From contig OY762721.1 of the NCBI GenBank assembly GCA_963666345.1, forward strand, positions 480,001 through 544,000: a stretch of 64,000 nt of DNA. The letters are read 5' to 3'. The position numbers and the translations under genes were made by a program. Below are positions 21,242-31,777 of the stretch, piece after piece (the first letter of the stretch is position 1; each line of letters begins with the position of its first letter). The notes beneath the pieces are model-generated. The model searched no databases. It had not been told where the DNA came from and saw only the letters and a program-made list of their open reading frames with translations. Source of the DNA: Desulfatiglandales bacterium. GTDB lineage: Bacteria; Desulfobacterota; DSM-4660; Desulfatiglandales; Desulfatiglandaceae.

Positions 21242-21658
21242 TATACCCTTAAAAAAGATAATACTTCAAACAAGATATTTTTATTAAATTAAACGAATTT
21301 TTTTAATCAAAATATCCATCATAGTCAAGATAAAAGGGAAATTCGAAATACGGCATCCAATCGAGGTACAACCCATGATGACCCGGGATTTTGCCTCACC
21401 CCCGGCCACCGCCAAGGTATCGAATACAAGGATTGGCAACCAAAGTCAACGCAGCCTCCCGGGTCTGGCTCAGGGCCGATGAGCGTTTCGAACGGCGGGT
21501 AACGCCTTGATCTGTTGACCATAATTACCTGGGTGATTGAAAACATATATATATAATGCTATATACTTTACAATAACTGAAAGAATCCCTTTCCTGTCCT
21601 GTTTTTCAAACAATACTCTAAAATTTTAACACTATATTATGAGAAAAGGGGGAAACTT

Positions 21659-23614
21659 ATGGCCAAGTTGTTATGGGAACCTTCCGAAGAGAGAAAAACA
21701 GCAAGCAACATGCATCGATTCATCGACTTTATCAATGACCGGTTCGGAAAAAACTTCATGGATTATGACCCTCTCTATCAGTGGTCGATAGACAATATCC
21801 CCGATTTTTGGGCATCCATGTGGGAGTTTGGAGAAATAACGGCATCAGAGCCATATGAGGAGGTTGTCAACGATCTGACAAGGATGCCCGGCGCGAAGTG
21901 GTTCTCGGGTGCCAGGTTGAATTTTGCGGAAAATCTTCTCCGCCACAGGGATGACAGGGTGGCCTTAATCTTCAAGGGGGAGGATCATGAGAGCAGGACG
22001 CTAACCTACGAAGAACTTTTCAGTGAGGTCTGCAGTGTCTCGTCCGCGCTCAAAAAGGCGGGAGTGGGAGTAGGAGACAGGGTTTGCGGCTTTATGCCCA
22101 ACATGCCCGAGACAGTCGTAGCCATGCTCGCGACAACGAGCCTGGGTGCCACATGGTCTTCCTGTTCCCCCGACTTTGGAATAAAGGGAGTCCTTGACAG
22201 GTTCGGACAGATAAAGCCGAAGGTTCTTTTCACGGCAAACGGGTACTGGTTCAAGGGGAAAGGCATTGATTCCCTCGATCGCGTGTCAAGCATAATGAAA
22301 GAGATATCAAGCATAGAAAGAGTCGTGGTCGTACCCTACACGGTGGATGAACCGGACCTGGGCATCCTGGATAAGGGGGTGCTTTACAATGACTTCAAAG
22401 GCACGGGAGATAACGAGGAACCCGATTTTGTTCAGCTTCCCTTTGATCACCCTCTGTACGTCATGTACTCTTCCGGGACCACTGGTCTTCCCAAATGCAT
22501 GGTCCAGAGCGCCGGGGGGATACTTATCAATCAGCTCAAAGAGTTGATCCTTCACACCGATCTTAAAAAAGAGGATACCATATTCTATTTCACCACCTGC
22601 GGATGGATGATGTGGAACTGGCTTGTAAGCTCCCTGGCGGTTGGCGCAAGGCTGGTTCTTTTTGACGGAAACCCGTTTCATCCCGATCCCGGGGCGCTCT
22701 GGAAGATGGCGGAACAGGAAAAGATTAGCATATTCGGAACCAGCGCGGGATATATCGCGGCGCTGCAGAACGCCGGAGTCAGGCCGGGCAGGGATTATGA
22801 CCTTTCGCCCCTTAAGGCGATCCTTTCAACAGGCTCCCCTCTTTCGGTTGAGGCCTTCGAGTACGTCTACCGGGAGGTAAAGGCGGACCTCCAGCTTGCC
22901 TCCATATCCGGCGGTTCGGACATCAACGGCTGTTTTACGGCGGGAAACCCCATGGGACCGGTATATGCGGGAGAACTTCAGTGCAGGTGTCTGGGCATGA
23001 AGGTAGAGGCCCTGGATGAAAAAGGAAATCCCGTTATAGGCCGGCAGGGTGAGCTCGCATGCACAGCACCGGCTCCATCCATGCCGATCTACTTCTGGGA
23101 TGATCCCCGGTTTGAAAAATACCATGCCGCCTATTTTGACAAATACCCCAATATATGGAGACACGGCGATTTCATAGAAATAAACGAAAGAGGCGGGGTG
23201 ATAATCTACGGCAGGTCGGACGCGACATTAAACCCGGGAGGAGTGAGAATCGGAACCGCCGAGATTTACAGGCAGGTTGAAGGCATAGAGGGTATAGAGG
23301 ACAGCCTTGTAGTAGGCCAGAACTGGAAAGGGGACATCCGGGTAATACTGTTTTTGAAAATGGCTGAAGGAAAGGATTTGACAGAAGAGATGAAGGGCAA
23401 TATAAAATCCGTCCTTCGCAGCAATGCATCACCCAGGCATGTGCCGGCAAAGATCATCAGTGTGCCCGATATACCATATACATTGAACATGAAGAAGGTG
23501 GAACTGGCCGTTAAAAAGGTGATCCAGGGCCAGGAGGTCCTTAACAGGGACGCATTGAGAAACCCGGAGAGCCTCGACTACTTTGCCGGGATAGAGGAAC
23601 TGAAAAAGGATTGA
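21659..23614 (+). CDS. acetoacetate--CoA ligase
   Basis: WSSCSPDFG, YSSGTTGLPKCMV, TTCGWMMWNWL, GRSDATLNPGGVRIGTAEIY. Confidence 0.92.
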   Translation: MAKLLWEPSEERKTASNMHRFIDFINDRFGKNFMDYDPLYQWSIDNIPDFWASMWEFGEITASEPYEEVVNDLTRMPGAKWFSGARLNFAENLLRHRDDRVALIFKGEDHESRTLTYEELFSEVCSVSSALKKAGVGVGDRVCGFMPNMPETVVAMLATTSLGATWSSCSPDFGIKGVLDRFGQIKPKVLFTANGYWFKGKGIDSLDRVSSIMKEISSIERVVVVPYTVDEPDLGILDKGVLYNDFKGTGDNEEPDFVQLPFDHPLYVMYSSGTTGLPKCMVQSAGGILINQLKELILHTDLKKEDTIFYFTTCGWMMWNWLVSSLAVGARLVLFDGNPFHPDPGALWKMAEQEKISIFGTSAGYIAALQNAGVRPGRDYDLSPLKAILSTGSPLSVEAFEYVYREVKADLQLASISGGSDINGCFTAGNPMGPVYAGELQCRCLGMKVEALDEKGNPVIGRQGELACTAPAPSMPIYFWDDPRFEKYHAAYFDKYPNIWRHGDFIEINERGGVIIYGRSDATLNPGGVRIGTAEIYRQVEGIEGIEDSLVVGQNWKGDIRVILFLKMAEGKDLTEEMKGNIKSVLRSNASPRHVPAKIISVPDIPYTLNMKKVELAVKKVIQGQEVLNRDALRNPESLDYFAGIEELKKD

Positions 23615-23618
23615 GACA

Positions 23619-24449
23619 TTGGAAAATCTGTCAGGGGTTCTGTTTCCCCATACGTTTTTAAAAAAAAGGGACCTGCAACGGCTGAGTCCTCATCTTGAAG
23701 GATTAAAGGTATGCCAGCCATGGTTCATGGAATCCCTTTACACTGAAAAAAACGGGGATGACCTGCCATTCCTGGAGATCCTCCGTCCTCCTGAAGGGCT
23801 CAGGCCCCAAGAAGACTTTCTGAAGCTACTGTCAGAATATCGCCGGTGGATGAACGATAATCTGAAGAGGGGAGATAAGTCGTTTGCCAGGTATGCGCAA
23901 GAGCAGGACCCTGAAAACAGCTCATGGGCCATAAGGCAAATGATCAAGAACAGGCAGCCCTCATCCGATGTATCCCCCTCGGATGTCTTGAAATGGCACC
24001 TTGTTCTTCACCTTGCCAGAGAGCATGAAGAAAGCCTTGAAGAGGCGGAAGAGCTTTATTCATCCATCATGGGGCAACCCGGACCTCTAAGCGAGGCACT
24101 ATGGGAAAACGCCCCTTCAGAGGTATCGGCACCCGGCCCGAAGACAAGGGAGCCGAACAACCTGCCGGATGAGTCCCTGCTCCCTCAGATCATAGAGGCC
24201 TGGCTGGGACTTTTTTCTTCACACCTCAAGGATGGATCCATACTCATAACGCTTGATAAAAGGATAATTGAGCATCTGTCATCTCATTTTGAGGACGCCT
24301 TTTCAGGGCTTGACTCAAGACAAAACGACTATCTTTCCGATATATCAAGGACCTTTCCTGAAATAAAGGCTGATGGAGAGGCTTACCATGATAAGGTAAG
24401 ACATTGCCTTTCAGGTAAAACGGCCATATGCCCGGCAGCCTTCTCATGA
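23619..24449 (+). CDS. hypothetical protein
   Basis: 276-aa ORF starting 4 bp after the ligase stop, same strand; no recognised motif. Confidence 0.7.
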   Translation: MENLSGVLFPHTFLKKRDLQRLSPHLEGLKVCQPWFMESLYTEKNGDDLPFLEILRPPEGLRPQEDFLKLLSEYRRWMNDNLKRGDKSFARYAQEQDPENSSWAIRQMIKNRQPSSDVSPSDVLKWHLVLHLAREHEESLEEAEELYSSIMGQPGPLSEALWENAPSEVSAPGPKTREPNNLPDESLLPQIIEAWLGLFSSHLKDGSILITLDKRIIEHLSSHFEDAFSGLDSRQNDYLSDISRTFPEIKADGEAYHDKVRHCLSGKTAICPAAFS

Positions 24450-24516
24450 TTTTGATAATGCCGACCCTCCATCATTGTAAAAAAAACAGCTCCGGATGGA
24501 AGCCTAGGCTGAAGGG

Positions 24517-25434
24517 ATGCCCATGTATAGCCTGAATGATCTGATGCTTCTGGTCATAGTCTTTTCATCCATGGCGGCGGGAATCTTCTTTCCACGCTTC
24601 TGCGCGTCTTTCCGGCCATTTCCTCTTTACCTGATGATGCTGCTGCTGTTTTTCAGTTTTATCTCAATCAGGGTCGGCGACATAAAGAAGACCATGAGGG
24701 AGCACCCGGCAATGGTTTTAAGCCTTTTTCTGCTTAAAATTTTCGTGCTTCCCGCGGGAGTATACTTTCTGCTCAAGTTCATATATCCCGACTATGCGGT
24801 TGCGGGGCTGCTGATCACAGGCATATCCACCGGAGTGGTTGCGCCCTTCATGTCCAACATTCTGGGGGCGAACAGCCCGCTTGTCCTCGTAATGGTTGTA
24901 ATTACCTCCGTTGCGGTCCCATTTTCTCTTCCGGGACTTGTCAGGCTGCTTGCGGGGCAGGAGTTGAAGATCCCCCTTTTTGACATGATTCGCATGCTGG
25001 GCATGGTTATATTCGTGCCCTTCGCCGCCGCGGAAATTCTACGCAAGATAAGTATGCCCGCCATTGAGATCATACTCAGATGCAGGTTCTACCTCTCCCT
25101 CATCATATTCGCCGTAATAAACCTGGGGGTCTTTTCAAAGTACTCCGACTTCTTTCTTCAAAGCCCGCAGATAATCTTCGAGGCGCTGATCGTGTCTCTC
25201 GGCCTGGGGGCACTCTTTCTGGTTGCAGGAATTGCTTATTTCTGGAGAAAAGATGTGGAAGACCAGATCGCGGCGGCAATAAGCCTCTGCAACATGAACA
25301 ATCTGCTGGTAATAGTATTCGCGTCCCGGTTCTTCGGCCCACTTGAGCCCACCCTGGCCGCGCTCTATATGGTTCCCTTCTTCCTTGTAATACTGCCTCT
25401 GAGGCTTTACAGGGCTGTCAGATCAGCAGACTGA
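24517..25434 (+). CDS. bile acid:sodium symporter family membrane protein
   Basis: About 9-10 hydrophobic helices; STGVVAP and NMNN motifs resemble the SBF family. Confidence 0.7.
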   Translation: MPMYSLNDLMLLVIVFSSMAAGIFFPRFCASFRPFPLYLMMLLLFFSFISIRVGDIKKTMREHPAMVLSLFLLKIFVLPAGVYFLLKFIYPDYAVAGLLITGISTGVVAPFMSNILGANSPLVLVMVVITSVAVPFSLPGLVRLLAGQELKIPLFDMIRMLGMVIFVPFAAAEILRKISMPAIEIILRCRFYLSLIIFAVINLGVFSKYSDFFLQSPQIIFEALIVSLGLGALFLVAGIAYFWRKDVEDQIAAAISLCNMNNLLVIVFASRFFGPLEPTLAALYMVPFFLVILPLRLYRAVRSAD

Positions 25435-25443
25435 ATAATCCCA

Positions 25444-26712
25444 TCAACCGGCCTTTCTCAATACGTGAGCCATCTCCCTGATCTCTGCCAGGTCCTCAGT
25501 CATCATGGCCCATCCGTACCAGTAGGCATAATCGGGGTTTACGTGAAAAAATGCCTGATATGCACGCATGCGGTGCTTCATGTACATCTGGAAAAGCACC
25601 TGCTCGATGTGGGAGGCCTGCTCGAGATTGCCCCCTCCAGTTCGCATGAAGTAGAGAAAATCCGGGTACGCGAAGGCATAAGAGTCAGGTTTTACAAGTA
25701 TCCCTTCCCGGTAAAGATCCGCGACTATTTCTATTGCCTCCGCAAGGAGCCTATCAGCCTTCTGCATGATGGAATCACCCATCTCAAGCTGTGTTCTTGC
25801 GTAGCGTTCCGAATGACACCGCCCGCAGGTGGAGATCATTTTCGAGCGCTCCTTTTGCCAGGCATCTTCCGTAAGACGCACCATATCTACCGATTTCACG
25901 GCCGCCAGCCTGGCGGTAGGCTTTCCGGTCTCAGGGTTTAAGACCCCGAGCGCCTTAAGTATCGTGGTCCTGTCAGCCGCCCATTGGGGATCTTTGGGCA
26001 GGGGAAGTCTGACCCCAAGAAAACCCCACGCGGTCCTGTTTTCATGAGTTCCTTGAGGTAGATGACAGTCCTGGCATCTCGGCCCCGAGGCCTTTTCAGG
26101 CAGCTTTCCCGCCTCCTTTACCTGCCATCTTGTTCCATGCTTTGAGCTTATGTACATCTCCCACTGGGGATGGTCGTATCCCATGTGGCATTGTTGACAT
26201 GCCCTGGGGTCCCGGCCCTCTTTCTTTGAAAAAGCATGCCTTGTGTGGCACTCGTCACAGGAATTGTTCTGATACCGGTAACCCTTTTTTAACTGCTCTT
26301 TTTTCTGTTCTTCACTCTTGACACCCATATTATGGCAGCCGCCGCAGCCTCGTCCGCCCTCCATAAGCTCATCCGGTTCCACATGGGTCACGGGAAGGGC
26401 GTTCAGAGACGTCCACCCGAAATTGTGTTTGCCCCTTGAAAACTGCTCGAACTGCTCATAATGGCAGTCCCCGCACACCTTTTCGTCCGGGAAGGCCACA
26501 AGATCCACATCCTTCTCACTCATATGGGCATCACCGTGACAGTCTGAGCAGGATATTTCTTCCTCAAAGTGCCTGCTCACCTCCCAGTCAGCCACATGCC
26601 CGGGGGTCACCTGCCTGTGACACTTGACGCAGGCGTTCTCCCCTGTATCGGCGAAACAGGGGCTCAAAAGGAAAAAAACCGCCATGACGGCGGATACGGA
26701 TCTGATTTTCAT
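25444..26712 (-). CDS. octaheme c-type cytochrome, hydroxylamine oxidoreductase (HAO)-like
   Basis: Eight CxxCH motifs (CVKCH, CSDCH, CGDCH, CGGCH, CDECH, CQQCH, CQDCH, CGRCH); HTRHAFS, HMGYDHPQWEMY.SSKHG, FHVNPDY; signal peptide MKIRSVSAV places the start at 26712. Confidence 0.88.
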   Translation of the reverse strand: MKIRSVSAVMAVFFLLSPCFADTGENACVKCHRQVTPGHVADWEVSRHFEEEISCSDCHGDAHMSEKDVDLVAFPDEKVCGDCHYEQFEQFSRGKHNFGWTSLNALPVTHVEPDELMEGGRGCGGCHNMGVKSEEQKKEQLKKGYRYQNNSCDECHTRHAFSKKEGRDPRACQQCHMGYDHPQWEMYISSKHGTRWQVKEAGKLPEKASGPRCQDCHLPQGTHENRTAWGFLGVRLPLPKDPQWAADRTTILKALGVLNPETGKPTARLAAVKSVDMVRLTEDAWQKERSKMISTCGRCHSERYARTQLEMGDSIMQKADRLLAEAIEIVADLYREGILVKPDSYAFAYPDFLYFMRTGGGNLEQASHIEQVLFQMYMKHRMRAYQAFFHVNPDYAYWYGWAMMTEDLAEIREMAHVLRKAG

Positions 26713-27041
26713 CTCACACCCCCTTATAAGAAACGACTCCATGTCAATTAACGGTATCATGAGATTTCCTGAAAATTCCGGCCTTTCACTTGTATTCCAA
26801 TTATAGCGCAAAAGCCGCTGTAAAACAAATGATATGGTCCTATCCAGGGTCACAATCGAAAAGTGATCGCACACAGGTCGTAGGCCCCAGTCGCAGCTTA
26901 TCAGACCCCCCAAAGGGATTTTCTGCGAACTCACATTTTTGCAGGGTCAACTTTCATCTAACATCCGTATCCCGATTCTTCATCACAGTTCATTTGCATG
27001 GCATATTGCGCCTTATTTAAACAGCTCCAGCCTGTTACACA

Positions 27042-27291
27042 GTGCCCATCCGGAAATCAAGGGCACTGATAAGTTTCCCGACCAGAGGTGAGAAATTTTG
27101 TCAAGATCAAAAAAACCGGGGACCAGCCTCAAGCCTGCCAAAGGCTGGAACTGAGCGAAGCAAAAAAAATCAGGTAATTGCGCGGAGACGTACATATGGT
27201 GCGTCACATTTCGCTGTTGCGGATTGCAGATTTATCTGCCGGCGGCGGATTGACGCAGATATTGGCAAAAGGACCATTTCCGGATGGAAAC
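27042..27291. mobile_element. MITE-like non-autonomous element (~250 bp)
   Basis: Perfect 12-bp terminal inverted repeats CCATCCGGAAAT (27046-27057) / ATTTCCGGATGG (27276-27287); internal palindromes; no coding capacity; related ends at 3160 and 59062. Confidence 0.6.
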
Positions 27292-27478
27292 CGGACAACA
27301 ACGACTGTCAAGACCTCTAAAGTATTTTCATCATTTGCCGATATTAGAAGTAGGTTGAGGATAGGCAGGGCAAACCGAGGTTCCCGTGTCAGAGTCTGGT
27401 TAAACATGAAGCGGCTCAGGGAGCGCGGTAGGAGATACTACCAATTCAGCCTAAAAAACATACCCAAAGGAGAAACAG

Positions 27479-28351
27479 ATGCAGGTATCAAGGAGGGATT
27501 TTTTTAAAGGAATAACCCTGATGGCAGGTGCCGCAGGGATTAACCGAATAATAAAGGCTGAACCGGCCTGTGCCTCTGAAGATAAGGCCATAGGTAATGG
27601 AACGGTCGGCATTGAGTGGCTGGGTCACGGGAGTTTTCAATTCATCTCATGTAAAGGCAAAAAAATTCTTCTCGATCCCTGGTTCAGCACAAATCCCAAA
27701 TGCCCCACCCGTTACAGAAAAAAAGGGAGTTTCGGGACTGTAGACCTGATTCTCTGGACCCACGGACATGTGGATCACTTCATGCTGCCGGACGCCAAGG
27801 AACTGGTGGCCGACTACAGGCCAAAGATCGTGGCCCCCTGGGAACTCAGCTTTTTCATAAAGGCCCAGATCCCAGGGGCCAACTGCCAGACATTTGTCCT
27901 GGGCAATAAGGGAGCTACAGCCGACTTTGACGGGGTCAAGATAACCATGGTCGAGGCATTTCATTCGGCCGGGGCACAGTTAACCGGGTTTGAGGGAATC
28001 AACCGTTTCATGGGAGAGGCCGTGGGTTATATTATTCAATTCGAAAACGGCCTTAAGATCTACCACTCCGGGGACACATCCATGACAGCGGATATGGAAA
28101 CCATCATCAGAGGCTTTTACAAGCCCCATATTGCCATATTGCCGATCGGAGGGGTTTTTACAATGGGACCTGAAGAGGCGGCTTTTGCCTGTAAACTCAT
28201 AAGACCGAAGATTGTAATACCCGAGCACTTCGGGACATTTCCGGTGCTTGAACAGGATACAGGTACTTTCAAAAAAAACCTGGCCCAATACGCGCCCCAT
28301 GTCAGGATGAAGGAAGTAAAACCGGGCGTCAAGGTAGAATTACAGGCATGA
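27479..28351 (+). CDS. Tat-exported metallo-beta-lactamase-fold hydrolase (UPF0173-like)
   Basis: SRRDFFK twin-arginine motif; WLGHGSF, THGHVDH, HSGDT, LPIGG.FTMGP.EA, IPEHFGTF. Confidence 0.85.
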   Translation: MQVSRRDFFKGITLMAGAAGINRIIKAEPACASEDKAIGNGTVGIEWLGHGSFQFISCKGKKILLDPWFSTNPKCPTRYRKKGSFGTVDLILWTHGHVDHFMLPDAKELVADYRPKIVAPWELSFFIKAQIPGANCQTFVLGNKGATADFDGVKITMVEAFHSAGAQLTGFEGINRFMGEAVGYIIQFENGLKIYHSGDTSMTADMETIIRGFYKPHIAILPIGGVFTMGPEEAAFACKLIRPKIVIPEHFGTFPVLEQDTGTFKKNLAQYAPHVRMKEVKPGVKVELQA

Positions 28352-28355
28352 TTCG

Positions 28356-30446
28356 ATGAAAGACATTGAAAAAAAAGACGTGTTCACTATCAGGGTCTCC
28401 CTTGTAACAAAAATGGTAATCAACGTGACCATGCTTATTTGTCTTGCCATTGCCGTCACTACCTATCTCAGCGTCAAGGGAAAATCCAGAGTTATAACCG
28501 ATGGCCTGATAAGGATAGCAAAACAGCAGACCAGACATATAGCCTACGGCACCAAAAGCGCCTTCTGGTCCTTGAACTGGATCTTTATTGAAAATCTGCT
28601 CCGGGAAACCAGAGAAAATAGCCCCTGTGAAGTGGTCTTCGCAAAGGTGGTCAAACCCAACGGAGAGGTCTATCTGGCGGATGACAGGGCCCACTACGGG
28701 CAAACAGTGGAAACCTCTTTGCTTTTCAAGAAAGAAACCATGGTTGAAAACTACTTTATGGCCGAGAAACAAGAAAAAGGCATCTTAATGGTCCACCCGA
28801 TAAAGATCGGGGACCAGACATGGTATGTCTTTATGGGGCTGTCACTCCGGTCTGTCAAAACAGCCGTCAAGGCAGTGCTCATACGCAATATCGCATGGGG
28901 TGGTCTCATACTAATGATTGCGGCCTTTTTCTCCTTTCTGCTGTCAAAGTCGATCTCAAGCCCCCTGATACGTCTTGCACATTCTGCAACCGTCGTCGCG
29001 GCAGGTGATCTCGAACATAACGTGTCGGTCAAATCAAAGGACGAAGTGGGACTTCTTTCCCATGCCTTTAACCGGATGCTGAAAAACCTGAAGGACGCAT
29101 ACGAAGAACTGGCGGCATCGGAAAAGAGATACAGGGCACTGGTTGCCACGGCTTCAAAGGCCAAGGTGGGAATAGCCGTTATTCAGAATGATGGCGGGCG
29201 AAAAGGGGTTTTTAAATATGCGAATCGACATGTGGCTGATCTGACCGGATACAGCAGCAGAGAGCTTACCGGCATGACCGTGAAGGACATTATTCATCCC
29301 GAAAGTCTTGACAGTGCCCTTGAATGGTACGAGATGAAGACGTCTCATAATAATCAGCAGGAGACGTATCAATTCCGGATTGCCAACAAGCAGGGAGAAG
29401 AGATCCCCATTGAGATAAATTCAGGCACAACCGACTTTGACGGCAGAAAGGCACTGGTCTGTTATGTAAAAGATATCACCACGAAACTGGAAGCGGAAAA
29501 AAGGCTTAAGGGATACAGTGAAAACCTGGAAAAAATGGTTAAGGACAGAACAGAGGAGCTGCGACAGGTCATCGCCAATCTCAAAAGCACCCAGTCTCAT
29601 CTCGTACAGTCGGAAAAGCTGGCCTCCGTCGGCCAGCTTGCCGCAGGAATCGCCCATGAAATCAACACACCCATCCAGTATATAGGTGATAACACGCGTT
29701 TTCTCCAGGATGCCTTCGATGATTTAAGCACCCTTTTTGATAAATATGAACAACTGCCGAAGGCCTTGACGGCGGGAATAAGTGCAGAGAAGATCATGGA
29801 AGAGGTTAAATCAGCGATCAAGGAAATGGACATAAATTATCTCAGAACGGAGGTCCCTCTTGCCATAAAACAGACAATGGAGGGGGTTGAGCGTGTCTCT
29901 GTAATCGTTCGCTCCATGAAGGAGTTTGCCCATCCGGGCGTAAGTAAAAAAACCGCCATGGATATCAATCGGGCCATTGATAACACCGTTACAGTGTCAC
30001 GAAACGAGTGGAAGTATGTGGCTGAAATTGAGACGGACCTTGATGCCTCTCTGTCAATGATCCCCTGCCTTCCCGGTGAGTTGAACCAGGTGTTCCTGAA
30101 CATTATTATAAATGCGGCTCAGGCAATCGGTGATGCAGCAGGCAATGGTTCCGGCGCTAAAGGTGCCATTCGAATCAGCACGCGTAAAAACGGAGATTAT
30201 GCGGAAATCCGTATTGGTGATACGGGGATGGGAATTCCCGCAGAAATCCAGAACAGGATTTTCGATCCCTTTTTCACCACCAAGGACGTAGGCAAGGGGA
30301 CGGGACAGGGCCTTGCCATCTCCAGATCGGTTATTGTCGAAAAGCATGGCGGGGATCTCAGCTTTGAAACGGAGGCCGGGAAAGGCACCACCTTTATCAT
30401 TCGTCTCCCTTTGGAGGAGCCTGCAGAAGAAAGGAAAGGAGCGTGA
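28356..30446 (+). CDS. membrane sensor histidine kinase (2 TM, HAMP, PAS, HisKA, HATPase)
   Basis: DEVGLLSHAFNRM HAMP, PAS, GIAHEINTP H-box, DTGMGI, PFFTTKDVGKGTGQGL. Confidence 0.93.
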   Translation: MKDIEKKDVFTIRVSLVTKMVINVTMLICLAIAVTTYLSVKGKSRVITDGLIRIAKQQTRHIAYGTKSAFWSLNWIFIENLLRETRENSPCEVVFAKVVKPNGEVYLADDRAHYGQTVETSLLFKKETMVENYFMAEKQEKGILMVHPIKIGDQTWYVFMGLSLRSVKTAVKAVLIRNIAWGGLILMIAAFFSFLLSKSISSPLIRLAHSATVVAAGDLEHNVSVKSKDEVGLLSHAFNRMLKNLKDAYEELAASEKRYRALVATASKAKVGIAVIQNDGGRKGVFKYANRHVADLTGYSSRELTGMTVKDIIHPESLDSALEWYEMKTSHNNQQETYQFRIANKQGEEIPIEINSGTTDFDGRKALVCYVKDITTKLEAEKRLKGYSENLEKMVKDRTEELRQVIANLKSTQSHLVQSEKLASVGQLAAGIAHEINTPIQYIGDNTRFLQDAFDDLSTLFDKYEQLPKALTAGISAEKIMEEVKSAIKEMDINYLRTEVPLAIKQTMEGVERVSVIVRSMKEFAHPGVSKKTAMDINRAIDNTVTVSRNEWKYVAEIETDLDASLSMIPCLPGELNQVFLNIIINAAQAIGDAAGNGSGAKGAIRISTRKNGDYAEIRIGDTGMGIPAEIQNRIFDPFFTTKDVGKGTGQGLAISRSVIVEKHGGDLSFETEAGKGTTFIIRLPLEEPAEERKGA

Positions 30447-31663
30447 AAAGGCGGATCCTTTTTGTGGATGATGAGCCCAATATCCTTATGGGCCTGCGCA
30501 GGATGCTTCGAATCATGCGGCATGAATGGGAAATGAGATTTGCAGAAAGCGGATCCGACGCACTGGCAATGCTGGACAGGGAGCCCTTTGACGTGGTCGT
30601 TTCAGATATACGCATGCCGGATATGGACGGTTCACAACTATTGCAAAAGGTGAAGCGATCCTATCCTATGATCGTCCGCATTGTCATGTCGGGCCACTCG
30701 GAGCATGAGATGATACTGAAATCGGTCCGCCTTGCCCACCAGTATCTTTCCAAACCGTGTGATTCCGAAACATTGATATCCACAGTCAGCCGTTCCTGTT
30801 CACTGCGCGACCTTCTGGGTCAGGAGTCGCTTAAACGGGTTGCCTCCCGAACCGAAACTCTTCCGAGCCTACCCTCTCTCTATACAAAGGTAATGGAGGA
30901 GCTGCAATCCCCGGATGGATCTATCAGCAGGGTCGGCAGGATCATAGAAAAAGATATGGGCATGACCGCTAAGATGCTCCAGATGGTCAATTCCTCCTTT
31001 TTCGGTCTGCCCCGTCATATTTCAGATCCCTCACAGGCTGTAATCCTTTTGGGTCTTGATACGGTCAGGGCACTTGTTCTTACCATCGGTCTGTTTTCAA
31101 AATTTGATACGGCCGCATTGTCCACGCTGCACGTTGAAGACATCTACCGGCACAGTATTAAAACAGGCGCGATTGCCAAATTGATTGCAAAAAGTGAGGA
31201 CCCGGATAAAGAACTGGTTGACAACGCCTTTATGACGGGGCTGCTCCACGACCTGGGCAAACTGGTGCTTGCCGCAAACTTTCCTGATACCTGCCGGGAA
31301 ATCCTGGAATTGTCACGTCATGGGGAAATTTCGTTTCATGAGGCGGAAGCAGAAAAACTGGGGGCCACCCACGCTGAAGTGGGCGCCTATCTCCTCGGCC
31401 TGTGGGGGCTGCCGGAAGACATCGTTGAGGGGGTGGCCTTTCACCACAATCCCGGGGGCTGCGCGGCCAAGGTGTTTAGTCCCCTGACCGCGGTTTATGC
31501 GGCCAATATTCTTGAACATCATGCCCGCTCAAACAGACGCATGGAAGATCTCGAAAAGCAGTTTGATGGGGAGTATTTAATGCGGTTCCACCTTGATGGA
31601 AGGATACCGGCATGGGAAAAGGTTTCCGAGCAGATTGAATGCGAAGAGGATTACAATAAATAA
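30443..31663 (+). CDS. response regulator with HDOD output domain
   Basis: FVDDE, DIRMP receiver; LPSLP, VNSSFFG, GLLHDLGK, HAEVGAYLL..WGLP HDOD; GTGA overlap with the kinase. Confidence 0.9.
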   Translation: MKRRILFVDDEPNILMGLRRMLRIMRHEWEMRFAESGSDALAMLDREPFDVVVSDIRMPDMDGSQLLQKVKRSYPMIVRIVMSGHSEHEMILKSVRLAHQYLSKPCDSETLISTVSRSCSLRDLLGQESLKRVASRTETLPSLPSLYTKVMEELQSPDGSISRVGRIIEKDMGMTAKMLQMVNSSFFGLPRHISDPSQAVILLGLDTVRALVLTIGLFSKFDTAALSTLHVEDIYRHSIKTGAIAKLIAKSEDPDKELVDNAFMTGLLHDLGKLVLAANFPDTCREILELSRHGEISFHEAEAEKLGATHAEVGAYLLGLWGLPEDIVEGVAFHHNPGGCAAKVFSPLTAVYAANILEHHARSNRRMEDLEKQFDGEYLMRFHLDGRIPAWEKVSEQIECEEDYNK

Positions 31664-31777
31664 TAAGACAGCAGCGGTTGTTGATATCCTCCAAAAAATT
31701 GAGGGCCAGATGCCCTGTTTTTATGATTGCCCGCGCATAGGATTCAACCCGACTTTAATGGGGAAAGGAGCCAGATA

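Noticed and set aside
21325..21546. 73-aa ORF in the lysS / acetoacetate-CoA ligase divergent region
   Set aside because: No RBS or recognisable motif; more likely promoter DNA
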